Source: Lingula anatina (taxonomy: Eukaryota; Animalia; Brachiopoda). From it: a stretch of DNA of 64,000 nucleotides. The first letter of the stretch is position 1. Every line of letters begins with the position of its first letter. The position numbers and the translations under genes are program-made. This document shows, piece after piece, positions 41,626 through 53,107 of this stretch. A model generated the notes under the pieces. It was given only the letters and a program-made list of their open reading frames with translations. It ran no database searches and was not told where the DNA came from. The stretch lies in contig CM120642.1 of NCBI GenBank assembly GCA_051362555.1, positions 20,832,001 through 20,896,000 on the forward strand, given 5' to 3'.

Positions 41626-44600
41626 GTTATCAGTGTTAACAGTGGGGACTATGTTATGGACAGTGTATACTTGCCTTCAAAAACATGACTGCTTCTTTTA
41701 CACTGAACTTTCTATTTACACTCTCAATCTGATGGCCCAGTCAAAATGTCGGCGATCTGTCGGGGATTAGTTTTGGCCGGGGGTCGTCGTAGAAAATAAA
41801 GAATCCTTGAACAATCCTAGCAATAATCCTAATAAAAGTGGAGCAGTCACATTGTCTGAGATTTATTCAAGGATTTTGACCCGGTTTTGTCGAAAAATCG
41901 TGGGATTAGCCTCCGATCGCCTCCGATTGCATCCGATTGCATCGGAGGATATCTGCGAGCGTCTTTTCTTGTAATTCCCCCCCCCCCCCCCCCCCCCCCC
42001 CGGGTATATGTGGGGGAAAAGGAGGGTTTTCTGACCTCGGTCATCTGTATTTCTCTCTGTACACTGTACTTTTAACGATCCGGTCGGAGGCGCCCTTATA
42101 TACACGGCGATAAACTACGATTCCACCGTACGATTCGTCGGAGACGATCACATAAAGCGTACGAATCGTCGCAGGGCGCCTCCGATTCAGTCGGAGGGCG
42201 CCGGAGACTACTCGCAGACATTGAATCTCAACCTGATTTTCCAATCCCACACAGAATCTTGCGACTAGTCTCAGATTATTCGGAGGACGCCTCCGATTAA
42301 TCGGAGGGCATCGTAGGTAATCGGAGATTGTGTCTGGGATGCCCAAAATGGGTGAAAAATCTTGCGAGCAATCTTAAAATTTTAAGTTCAAAGTTGGGGA
42401 CCGCGACGGGTGTGGCGATGTATAAAAAATCTGCGACAACCCGCAGGCGTCCGGAGAGCGCCTCCGACGGGTGAAAAATCGTGAGATCTGTCTCAAGATT
42501 TTGTTCAAATTTCCCGGGTTTTACCCATCCCCGACGCATCGCAACTGATTTGTGACTGGCCACTGAACTAATGCACAGGTTCAGGTCTTTATTCTTTATT
42601 TGAAATTACAATTCATAAATATGCTGTCATCACAATATTTAAAAAGTCACAAAATTGGTAAATGTTTTCCAGTAGCCTATATAAGATACGATTCCATCAT
42701 ATCACATCCCATTAAATAAAACAACATATTGGGATAAAGAAAAAATTTGGCAACACGATTAGAAAACACCACAAAACGTGCCATAATTTTATGAATATCA
42801 ACCGTTGATATTCGAACTCAATCTGCCTTTTCATCAAAAAACTTTTGGGGCCAACATCACAAAAACACCTGTAAAAATACCAAATAACTTTCGTAAAAAC
42901 AATCCGACTTTGTCGATTTCTGACAGAACTTTCCTTTTCACTAAAAAGCACTCAGAAAATTCGACATAAAATTGCCAAAATACATTTAAAAACAGAAAAA
43001 TCAGTAACAGCCGTAAAATAATGTGCTGATTCTCAAAAGAAACCCATCTTTTTCCCAACTCAGAAACCAAGAAAATACAAATAAAAGTAATCTGTCTCCA
43101 TCTTCACCACGCATTCACACTGAGATAAAAAATAAAGGTTATCCGAATACTCTGAGGTGGCTACAAATGTCAAGACATTTATTTACTTATGGCACTCCAG
43201 ATAATTCTGCAAACATGACGGCATGATTAAACATGTAACATTTTTAAGCTCTATTTTTGGTTTTCATGCGACTGCATGCAAGGATTAAGTTTTTCCTACC
43301 CAAAACAAGAAACAAGAAACAGGAAACAAGAAACAGAAACAGAAACAAGAAACAAGAAACAGAACTGCATCGCACCTGAAACTTCAGACTACAAAACGCA
43401 CGTTATTATGACATTTATATAGCATTTTGAGTACAGGATAAAAAAGTCCGTATTTGGCCCATACTTCTTCGTGAAAATTTATTTAACCATTTCCACAACA
43501 CACACACTTAGCAGTAAAAAGTAACATCGGTTCAGTGGAGCGACCACAGATATAATATACCAATCCCATGGTTGTCAACTTGCTTTATTAACAACAGGAT
43601 AACGATGGAAACCCGAGGAAAGTGATAGTTAAAGCTACGTAGAGTACACAAAGGGAAGAGTAAACCGACAAAGTAAAATGAATCTTTTTTGTTATTGCTA
43701 AACATTATGCAACATATCCATCTCACATTGAAAACATTTACACTAAATATATAGAGTAAAAGCTATTTCGCGCCAATAATTAGCCATATGGCCGTTAATT
43801 GGTATATTTCATTAATCACGTTCCACTTGCCTGATATCCCCTCATACGTCCACCAGCCCCACCAGGATGATGAAGCCATGGCTGAAACAGAGAAATAGAG
43901 GACGTTTGAATAAACTATTATGTCATGAATACCGCCAGGCTATTGGAATAGAGTGAAAGCATTTCTGTGCCATATAGAACCTGAGGGATTGCTATAAGGT
44001 AGTGATTAATTAAATTAAAAGCTCTAGGCGTTTTTTTTTCATCCACTGGATAAACAAGTATACTTGAATTAAACTATATAATATTTACTAAAAATCATCT
44101 TCAAAGTAAAGCAAATCGCACGATGAACAAGAAGCTGCTTATCGTATAAACTGTAAATTCCATTTATAAGAAGTACAGAAGAACCAGGTACATGTAAAAT
44201 GGAATAGTACTTGTCTTCGGTAGACTATAAATGGCATCCTAGGAGACAGTGTGTGTTCAGAGAGGGTACAATCAGGGAATACTGTGAAAGACGCGCGCGC
44301 GCGAGCACGCGGACACACGCATGCACATACACACATTTACATATATAACACATATCACATGTTAGATTTCTATTCGGGAAACGCTACATTCGATGGGTTT
44401 AGATTTACGCATCGATCTCACTAGCATGCGGCACGGGGCCTCGACGGAATACTTCCTTTGATTGATTTGGTACTAAGTGTGCAATGATTACAATGCGCCG
44501 CATTACTTGCGATATGCTAGATAGGATACTTAACTGGGAATAAAACTTACATGCCAATGGGGGAGCTTTCTGCTGTGCCCAGCCATCTGTATTTATTGGA

Positions 44601-45681
44601 TTCCGGGCACAATACTGACAGTAGATGTACATTAAAGCCGCTTACTTGTTATCTATTGTTTTAAGCAAATGGAACTTTATGTCTAGATGTGACCGTACTG
44701 GGAAATGCTTTGTTACGATTCTCTTGGCAAAAAGGCTAATAGAACTTCAAACGCTTTCACTTCCTTTTAGCACAGCGTAAAACCCCTAAAATTTTATTTG
44801 AATGTACTATCTCGTGGCTTATTACTTTTATTATATTTTATCAAATGTATTTATTGTATTTTATGTGAAAGAGAAATATCCTTTTTGCAATATTCATCGT
44901 CATTAGATGTCCTAGGCTCAAATGCTAACCAGGTTACGTGAAGGACTAAGGAGGATATAGTTCCTACTAATGCACTCTTCTTTCATAATGTCCGCGATGT
45001 TCCTGCATTATTAAAGACTGCGGTAAGAGGTGCACTTCATATGTTCCATTTTTATTTGGTCTTCCATCTTAGTAGCCTACGCATTAAGGCATATTCGCAG
45101 GTCGTACACTGAAGGTTGTATATCTGTGATTTCCTTTTCATAAAAGAAGGATGTAGCTGTAGATGCAGGGTTTGACGAATTAACTGGTGTCTTGCCTTTC
45201 AAAATGCAATATTTGAATAGTATTTGAAAATCAAGACATTAAACCCCATAACAGTAAGGCAGTACATACGTATGTATGTATGTATGTTCAGTAAACTAGG
45301 TTTATGATTTTATGAGTACATTTTTCTCTGTGGTACTCTATGCCCAGAGTGCTCTTACATTTGGTAGCCACCAGTTTAAACCAATTTGACATTTTCAACC
45401 AGATTGCTCTTCAATAGACGTCAAATTTTAGGTCTTGAGTACGTGAGATATAGTAGACACGTCTGGAATTTTACCCGTTCCCTATGTGAGTAACACTGTG
45501 TATTTCCCTACTTGTTTTGGCTACTAATTATACTGTAACATCACTACAATCCACATCTGTAATGGGATGGTCTATCAAAACTTTGACAGCATTTGCGTGG
45601 TTTTAGAGATTATATTCACGTCCATTATACTTTAACATAACTAAAACATGACTGTGGGTTTCTATTTTTATGTATTTTTTT

Positions 45682-45733
<52 letters not shown>

Positions 45734-47483
45734 TTTTTTAAATTATTTTTGTGACACATTTTGCGTGGAAAATTGGGTTTGTATTTCGTACACTGGTCAG
45801 CCGATGCACTCTAAGTTTAGGTTAATTTGCATTTTTATAATTGATAAAGTTGGCATTATCGAGTGTCAACACAGATATCAACATAGCCTGACATAAGTTC
45901 TATCTCTTTTTCTTATTTTGTTATTTCTTTATAACTAAGATGTTTGTCTCTTGTGACACTTCATAGAGATTAAAGCTAAATAGATCAAAGTAATCTAATG
46001 TTAAGTGCTTTGTGAGCAAGGTAGGGTTGCTTTCTGCCACTTTATGTGTATTCATCATCTCTGACTGACAAGAATGACCTCAGTGTTGACTTTTTTCCAA
46101 GGTCAATACAGGGGGTGTGTCACTAAGTGTGACATGCGTGTGCCAGTATTCTATAACTGATCGATTTAATAATGTGATTGAACTAGAACTCTTGTTAATA
46201 CAATTGCCTGTCCTATCTAGGTTCTGGTAACTCATATTCTTTTATTGCATAGAATACGAATGTGATTTTAATCATATTAGAGTTGTCACAGCAGTTACAA
46301 TGTAGAATTTACCACGCCTGTACACTGTTATGTCTGAGAAATGTTTGCTTTAATAATAAGAAAGTAAACAGAAAACCTTCCTTTTCATCTCTCACTTTCC
46401 ACATTAGATATAGTATAGTTTGTAAAAATGTTTATTTGATGTCGCAGAGGTAATTCAATACGCAATTAAAAGGTGAAAAAGTCGCGTAAAGTTTTAATTT
46501 TTCTTGTCCTTTGTACATGTATCGCTGCTGTTGTTTAGATCACTGTGAGCGGCGGATTGACGGTTTAAATTCATTTAGACAGGGTGTGCTTCAACTGAAG
46601 ATTAAATTTTATGCAAATTTGACCTGATTGCTCTAGACACTATTCTTGCATCATGTCACTTATTAGTTCGTTCACTTTTCTTTTTTCTCATTTCTAAAAG
46701 TATTTCAAATATGAACCTGTTTTGAAGAGGAAAGACAAGGTTTTGACAAGGGTGCACTCCCATTCTTATGCATTCATGGTCTGAACGTCGGAGCGGCGTC
46801 TAAATCTTAAATTGCATTAATTGAACCAAAGATGTCCCCGAAGACCAACCTCTCATTAACTGGTATTGACTCGGCTGTTTTCCATATCTAACCCCACGTC
46901 TTAGGGGCGGTAGCGACGTGGAGCGAATCAAATGAATGCCATCTATATTCTGATTGTCTTTTCTGATTTGCTCCGTTTCCCTACCAGTTTAACCCCAGGA
47001 GACATTGAGATATTTGGACATGGTTTTGTGAAAATAGCTGTCACACATTTAGCAATACGATATCAGTCGGCTGTGCGCTCTTTCACGGTCTCATATTTCT
47101 ACTGTCCCGATTGTCTGTATTTACTATGGATTACATTCCTCAATGTCGTTAAACCGTCTTTCTTTTTTCTTTAATTTAGTGTCGATAAAATCACCTTTCT
47201 CTAGTTTTATTTTACCTGATACGCGCCCAGAGAAAAGCTTCAGACGGGTCAACCCACTCCAAACTAGGCAATACCTCGAGGTTTCTTTCGGTTCCCAGTG
47301 TAACCCTGCTCTCCTTCATGAGCTGGGGACACCCAATAAGTGGTCTACTGAGCGCTAGACACATTTGTTACCGAATGGAAGGGATAGCAAAGATTGATGT
47401 AACACCGAGGTAACCAATGCGACGAATCCATTACAAGGCAGTATAGTATAATATACAGTGTTCTGAGTAAAAGATGCAGTTAT

Positions 47484-47527
<44 letters not shown>

Positions 47528-48458
47528 AGGACGGATTCTAAACCACATGCAAATGTGTTTTATGCCTAAATGTCGCCTCCATACAGGAAGTGGGTCTATC
47601 ATAAGACACTTCTACCTTTTTTGTCTGTCAGTCTCATCAATCGTAGAATTATGGCATAGCTAGATGAGAGCATTTGTAATATTTTACGGCGATTTTCCCC
47701 TTCATGAGAAAAACTGAGGTACATTCTCGGTCAATGATCATTCGTGGAAAAAATCTAAATATTTTTAGACTGATAACTATGCAGTGCAGTACAAATCTTG
47801 GTTATATCTGACAAAATGTTCGGGCACCTGTTCAAATTACTGAATACGAGTCCGTGACTTCAGATGTTATTCCGGATTTTACCATACATAGTTACAAAGA
47901 CGACGCTGTCTAGTTTCTCTGTTTTCAAATGTCCATAAACGATTACTTGCCACGCGTGAACTTCAGCTGTCTTCATTTGAAGTTTACCAACCCAATCACT
48001 AATGTTATACAGACTACGATATAAAATTTGGTTGGCGCGAAGAAATTCGCTCCATGCTGCTTCTGACTGTGACAGTCGGATGAGTGTGCACACGAGCAAA
48101 TGAAAATCTTTTCAAATGATGGTATATAACACATGCATATACCTTTGGACATTTAGTTTTTAGAAGAATGCTGATCATAAATCGGTTAATATTCCTAAAA
48201 GCTGTATTCAAATATAACACATGGGCAAAAGAATATTGCAAAAAAATCCTTTAAAGTATTCATGGACGCACATACAGTACCTAAGTTCTGAGGCAAACGC
48301 ACACTCTTTGCTTGAAGTTGATAGAATTATGATGGGCTCTAAAGGCATAACGTGGCAAAAGCACTAAACCCTGACTATTCACAAATCCCATACCACTTAC
48401 CATTGTGCACAAGAAAAATGTATTGTAATCCCACGACAGCTGACCGGCAGTAACGCAT
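22893..48458 (-). CDS. CA10: Carbonic anhydrase-related protein, CA10/CA11 (CARP) type, secreted, 10 coding exons, 317 aa
   Basis: Minus-strand exons: 48401-48458 (MRYCRSAVVGLQYIFLVHN, signal-peptide-like), 43831-43881 (AMASSSWWGWWTYEGIS, GC donor), 35622-35758 (GPDYWGL..CSKGKHQSPINIEP..LFDP), 31713-31907 (NTGHDV..NITGGPFSYTYRVTEIHLHFGS..GSEH..YPAE), 31073-31168 (IQILGYNSDLYSNMSEA..GLAIVS), 27777-27843, 25853-26007 ([25 protein letters not shown]), 25054-25182 (DNVRP..RVVRTNINF), 23472-23511, 22893-22918 (TGA). Total 954 nt, phases consistent and colinear with vertebrate CA10 motifs. Confidence 0.92.
25237..25430 (+). mobile_element. 5'-truncated SINE (Meta-domain-like core, LINE-like 3' tail, (TAAAA)n end)
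   Basis: AAAGAC..TAAAAATGGTACCTACTGTCTCCTTGCTTAGCACTCAGCAT resembles, from recall rather than alignment, the conserved central domain of metazoan MetaSINEs. The tail GAGGGCC..CCTCTTTAAATAAAG is followed by (TAAAA)n. Confidence 0.55.
26835..27078. repeat. Degenerate TTGCAA/TTGCAG-motif array, probably a MITE remnant
   Basis: More than 10 copies of TTTGCA(A/G) and TGCAGCAAA in both orientations, ending in TTGCTAAGGG-TA. Confidence 0.4.
31457..31697 (-). mobile_element. Helentron/HINE-type non-autonomous rolling-circle element (copy 1)
   Basis: Subterminal inverted repeats CTCCGCCAAGG / CCTTGGCGGAG, (GACA/AACA)n microsatellite, terminal hairpin (GCACTTCGAGAGCGC on +) and CTAGT end next to T-runs. 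Confidence 0.75.
32780..32926. mobile_element. Harbinger-like MITE with ~32-bp TIRs
   Basis: GCCCCGTAACTCGAAAGCATCGCGTTTTGCGA versus TCGCAATGCGCGATGCTATCGAGTTACGGGGC (29/32 complementary). Flanks are CAA and CAG, a decayed 3-bp CWG-type TSD. Confidence 0.75.
36173..36508 (-). mobile_element. Kolobok-like non-autonomous element (copy in a CARP intron)
   Basis: TIR AGGGATAACA / TGTTATCCCT with right flank TTAA. Homologous over its whole length to the reverse complement of 58150-58481 (shared GTATAGCCATCTATGAAGGT and TACTTACCAA.GGTTAATGAAT). Confidence 0.75.
41733..42562. mobile_element. Non-autonomous TIR DNA transposon with CpG-rich internal motif arrays
   Basis: Ends TGGCCCAGTCAAAA..GCGATCTGTCGGGGAT / ATCCCCGACGCATCGC..TTGTGACTGGCCA, flanked on both sides by CTGA. 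Many CCTCCGA/TCGGAGG copies inside. Confidence 0.75.
43302..43363. repeat. (AAACAAG/AAACAG)n short tandem repeat
   Basis: About 9 units, direct inspection. Confidence 0.85.
45682..45735. repeat. (ATTT)n microsatellite
   Basis: Direct inspection; similar tracts at ~24027-24054 and ~41589-41622. Confidence 0.9.
47485..47526. repeat. Poly-T run (42 nt)
   Basis: Direct inspection. Confidence 0.9.
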
Positions 48459-48695
48459 GATGTGGGCGTTTTTCACTTTTTTTCCAACACACGCTACGCA
48501 CACCTTCTGACAGAATTGTTTCCTTACAGAACGTAGCCTGGAGTTCTCGCTTTGGCGATTTATGTCACTGATGTTCTGTAGCTAGCTCATTCTAGGAAGC
48601 ATTGCTCTCTGATGAGAAGCAGCGCATTTACCACAAATTGGGTTTATCTTTACAAAACGTTACTATAAAACTTTGGTCATTGTCGAACTCTATTG

Positions 48696-48742
48696 ATTGG
48701 CTAAAGTATTAGCCAATGAAAACAGAGGGTTGTTTTTATTGG
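48696..48742. promoter_or_regulatory. CCAAT-box cluster upstream of the CARP start codon
   Basis: ATTGG 48696-48700, CCAAT 48713-48717 and ATTGG 48738-48742, 240-285 nt upstream of the ATG at 48458. Confidence 0.45.
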
Positions 48743-51516
48743 CTGCTGAAAAGACTTGGATTGTGTTGTTTCAATGAAGCAGGTTTAGAAAGCAGAATCC
48801 CTGTGCATAAAATAAGAATAACGAGGACATGCTCTTTTCGGTTTGAAGCATTGGTGTCGATATATAGAATGATCTAAACGTGCAGGCCCGATGCTGTTCA
48901 TCATTCAGAACCAGAGGGAGGAGCGAGCCTTTGTAAAAGCTGAAGAAATATCCATCAATATTCATCGTGGCAGATGACGACAGATCTCATAAAGAAACAG
49001 GTTACAAGGAATCAATAGCATAAGAAGATAAGAGAGGCATTGCTTTTGTTGAGATGAATATTTTGAACTATAATCCCAACTGTAAAAATTTGCATATGGT
49101 TGTTTTTCATGTAGATGTACAATGCACATTTATGTATCTTGAATAAACTTTGTTTGGTCAAATAGTAAAAAAGCTAAACTGAGAAAATCAGCAATATTTA
49201 ATGAACATAATTTTTTTTAGTTAACTTTTTTTGTCAATTTTAAATGCCTTTAATTTAAAATAAGGAATAATATTGAACGAAGAATGGCTCGATATACTTT
49301 TTTCTTCTTTATATTTATACAGATGGATTATATACATACATGTAACAATCATTACCTTTTTCTACAACTCTTTCGTTTAATAAAGTTTCCTATGTTTCCT
49401 TCTTTACCTAGTTTGTCACAATTGATATTTTTTTATTTTAGAGCATTCTATAAATAAATAAAACATACTATCTTGCACAAAAAGACAATATTTACGGACA
49501 TCATCTTCTGAATTCTTGCTTTTAATTATTGTTATTATTATTTGGGGGGGGGATAAATTCCTTGCCAAATATTTCCACTGAACTGCTCTATATACAGATT
49601 GATTAAATTCCAAAAATATTCCTTTCCTATACTACATACGTATACGGTACCCTTTCGTCGAGGAATATAATATCTTCTGATTTGTTTAAGACACTTTTTA
49701 ACTTCCCGGGGAGTAATATCTTTATTTTTATCCCTTTCAAGGTCAATTCATACTGTTCTGCATTACCGTAATTCTTAATTGACTGATCATTCATACAATT
49801 TTTAAAACTTGCTATTCCATAAATGTGAGACCATTACGTCCCACCACCTGTGATCTTATTTCATATGTACAAGGCCTATTTTCTTTAACTACATCTCTCA
49901 CAAAAATAATGGAATTCTTTATCCAGGGAGTGAAACAATAATGTATATTATTTTATTTGATATAAACATTATTCCATAAAATTGATGCATCTTTACATTC
50001 GCTATTGCTAACGCATATCTTCAAAAGTTGTTTGTAAAAATCACTTCAACAATCTAAATCCAGCCATATTATCTGGATTGATGTCGATACAGAATACACT
50101 TAAATCTATTTAGGAATAGATGGCTATACATATGCTGCACATAGGTAACATTATACAGCGTCCATCACCAGGAAAGCATAATCAAGCAACATTTTATTGC
50201 TTAGACTTCTATGATGTTTGTAAACCATATGAACTGATCGTTTTGATCCTGAATTTTGTTATTCCTGAAAAGAAAAATTTCGTTTAAACTTATCAGGGAT
50301 TTTTTAACATCAGCCTTACCGATGACAATAATGTTTCTTAAAGCCTTTGATTTTACCATCTTTTCACATTTTTAAAATTTTCTCTTATTCTCAGGATTAT
50401 TTACCGCCTTTACTGTAGTACTGAAAGTTACACCCAAAAGCTGTGGAAATTTCCTCACTAAATCCGCAAGTTTATCATTTCTAGTTGTCTATAATCCTCA
50501 GCATAACATAAAATGATGCACTTGATACACCTTCTTCCATTTGTAATTGCCTTACTGCCGTTTTGCCCGAAGGCTCTGGATGCACAAGTTGAAAATGACA
50601 CTATTACTTTTACTGTAACAAAATGGTAAAGATACTGCACTCTATCTGCAACGTATACAATACAATATTTTTATACTGTACACACACACGCGCGCGCGCA
50701 CGCGCACCCGTTGACCCCCTCCCCCCCTCATATATGTATATTTGACGCCGCTTCTGCCAGATTCTGCTCTCAAGACTTCATAGGCTCTATCTCCAGTCAA
50801 AATGTTTTCAAAACAACTGGTGCAGTTCTAATGTATTTATGATTGCAATTTTACATTCTAGTCAAAATCCTGTTATTTTTGCCTCAGGATAAAACGCAAA
50901 TGATACCCCTATGTTAGGTTAAGAAGTGATAGCTGTTTATTTCAAAATGTCTGAGGCCCATAGTCTATTCAAATTTGTATATTTTGAAATAATATAATAT
51001 AAGAGGACAAGGCATATAATATATCTCTGTCTAACTCTGTCCTTCGCGAAAAATACCATACGCGATACTCGAATACTCTTTTTGTTATCTTGACAACACA
51101 CTGCACAGAAAAAGATTGTGAAGACCAAAACTGCCCAATCATTACTGAACCAGAAAGTTTACTGATAAGTGGACTGGATACAAATATCTCCTTACACACC
51201 ATTTTCAAAAACACCTAAGCATTATTATTGTGTCTTTTTGCTTGAGCTGATATCATACCTGCGGCGCATGACCCGATCGGGGTAAAAGGACAAAAAGATA
51301 TGAAACGCCACAGTCGAAGATTGATGATCATAAATGCGTATACGCAGGTGAATGTGCTGTGAAAAGAAGAAGAAAAGAACGCCCCGAAACTACCTCTTGC
51401 GCCTGTAAGGTAAGGTAGCATATTTTTCAGGATTGAAGTCAGGTTTGTAACTAAACATTAGCGTAACCTACGCTGTGTTTCCACCCACATGTACTCCTAC
51501 CTGCTCACTCCTGCTC

Positions 51517-52150
51517 ACCACTCACATACACACCCACCCGCTTACTAACACCCACCCGCTTACCACACACCCACCCGCTTACCACACACCCGCTTAATAC
51601 ACACCCACCCGCTTACCAAACACCCAACCGCTTACCACACACCCGTTTACCACACACCCATTTACAACACACCCAACCGCTTACCACACACCCACTTAAT
51701 ACACGCCCCCCGCTTACCACTAACCCGTTTACTACACACCCACCCAACCACTTACCACACACCCACTCGCTTACCATTCATCTGCTTACTACTCACCCAC
51801 CCACTTACCACACACCAACCCGCTTACCACTCACCCACTTACCACACACCCACCCGCTTACCATTCATCTGCTTACTACTCACCCACCCGTTTACCACAC
51901 ACCCACCCGCTTACCACTCACCCGCTTAATACACAACCGCCCGCTTAACACCCACCCGTTTACTACACACCCACTCGCTTACCACACACCCGCTTACCAC
52001 TCACCCGTTTACTACACACCCACCCGCTTACCACACACCCGCTTACCACTCACCCGTTTACTACACACCCACCCGCTTACCACTCACCCACCTGTTTACC
52101 ACATACCTGTTTACTACACATCCACTACACAACCGCCTGCTAACCACACA
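51517..52150. repeat. C-rich minisatellite, ~15/19-bp units (CACCCACCCGCTTACCACA)
   Basis: About 630 bp of degenerate tandem units such as ACCCACCCGCTTACCACAC and ACCCGTTTACTACAC, with extreme C/A strand skew. Confidence 0.92.
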
Positions 52151-52412
52151 TTCACAGATCCACCTGCCCACCGACACCATGCGCATCTAATCAGTAATAG
52201 TGTGGTCTTCTAAAAGTAGAAATTTTACTATTTCTACGTCCTATCAATCGTGTTAGGGCTATATATTGTTTAAAAATTCAATCAAAATTAGCATATTTCC
52301 TTTTTCCCCTTGATTTCGAACTTTATTCCTGGGTTTAAAAAAGGCCCTCTCATTTAGTAACTTTTGGAATACGCCTGCAGTCTCACTGGCGATTATTGGC
52401 GTGCTAATTATC

Positions 52413-52636
52413 ATTACCTCCGCCAAGAAGTCATGTTTTTGTCTTTGTCGCACTGCTATTTAAAATCCCAACTCCGGAAGTTTTGGACGGAATTTGACAA
52501 AAAAATTTTCAGATGTCAAAAAAGGGATAACTTAAAATCTATTAGAGTTTGGTGATGATCCATTGATTGATTTGACTTATTAATTGTAAGATTTTTGCCT
52601 TTGCAGAGGCCTGCGCTTTCTGAATGCCTGTCTAGT
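52413..52636 (+). mobile_element. Helentron/HINE-type element (copy 2, diverged, opposite orientation)
   Basis: ATTACCTCCGCCAAGAAGTCATGTTTT ... TTTTGGTGATGATCC ... GCCTTTGCAGAGGCCTGCGCTTTCTGAATGCCTGTCTAGT aligns by eye to the reverse complement of 31457-31697. Confidence 0.7.
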
Positions 52637-52861
52637 TTCCTATGAAAATGATACACTAACAGCATTTACTTTGTTTTGTGTGTTCCACCTCCGTCTCTTT
52701 CTTCCCCTAATCTGTCTCTACAACAACTGGCCTCAGCAGTATCGAAAAAACACATTTAACTATGTAAACTGCAAAGACAGTTCATTTTTACCCGACAAAT
52801 TTATTCAGGTGTTTCTCATGCATAACCCCCCCCTCCACCCCCCCCACCCCCCCCCCCCCCC

Positions 52862-52905
<44 letters not shown>

Positions 52906-52921
52906 CGGACCCCATTCCCAG

Positions 52922-53107
52922 AGATTAGATCGATCCAACTATATCGACCTAACTCCCAGGGGGTTCACGCTAGATAGCTGTCAGCCGAGCGGGCACGGAA
53001 GTTAATTACCCCCTTACAGCTTGTAGTAGGCGGGACGGACATTATAGACGGATTATCTGACAGTAATCTAGTGAGACTCCCCATGGGGATAGATCGATCT
53101 AAAATCT
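52922..53107. mobile_element. Fold-back (MITE-like) inverted repeat
   Basis: Arms 52922-52984 (AGATTAGATCGATC..CCCAGGGGG..CTAGATAGCTGTCAG) and 53057-53107 (CTGACAGTAATCTAG..CCCCATGGGGATAGATCGATCTAAAATCT). Confidence 0.55.

Noticed and set aside
41847-42563. Cluster of Arg/Gly-rich ORFs
   Set aside because: By-products of the GC-rich non-autonomous transposon; no DDE transposase motif.
51517-52150. Interstitial telomere or CRISPR-like array
   Set aside because: The unit is not TTAGGG/TTAGG and there are no unique spacers; it is an ordinary degenerate minisatellite in eukaryotic DNA.
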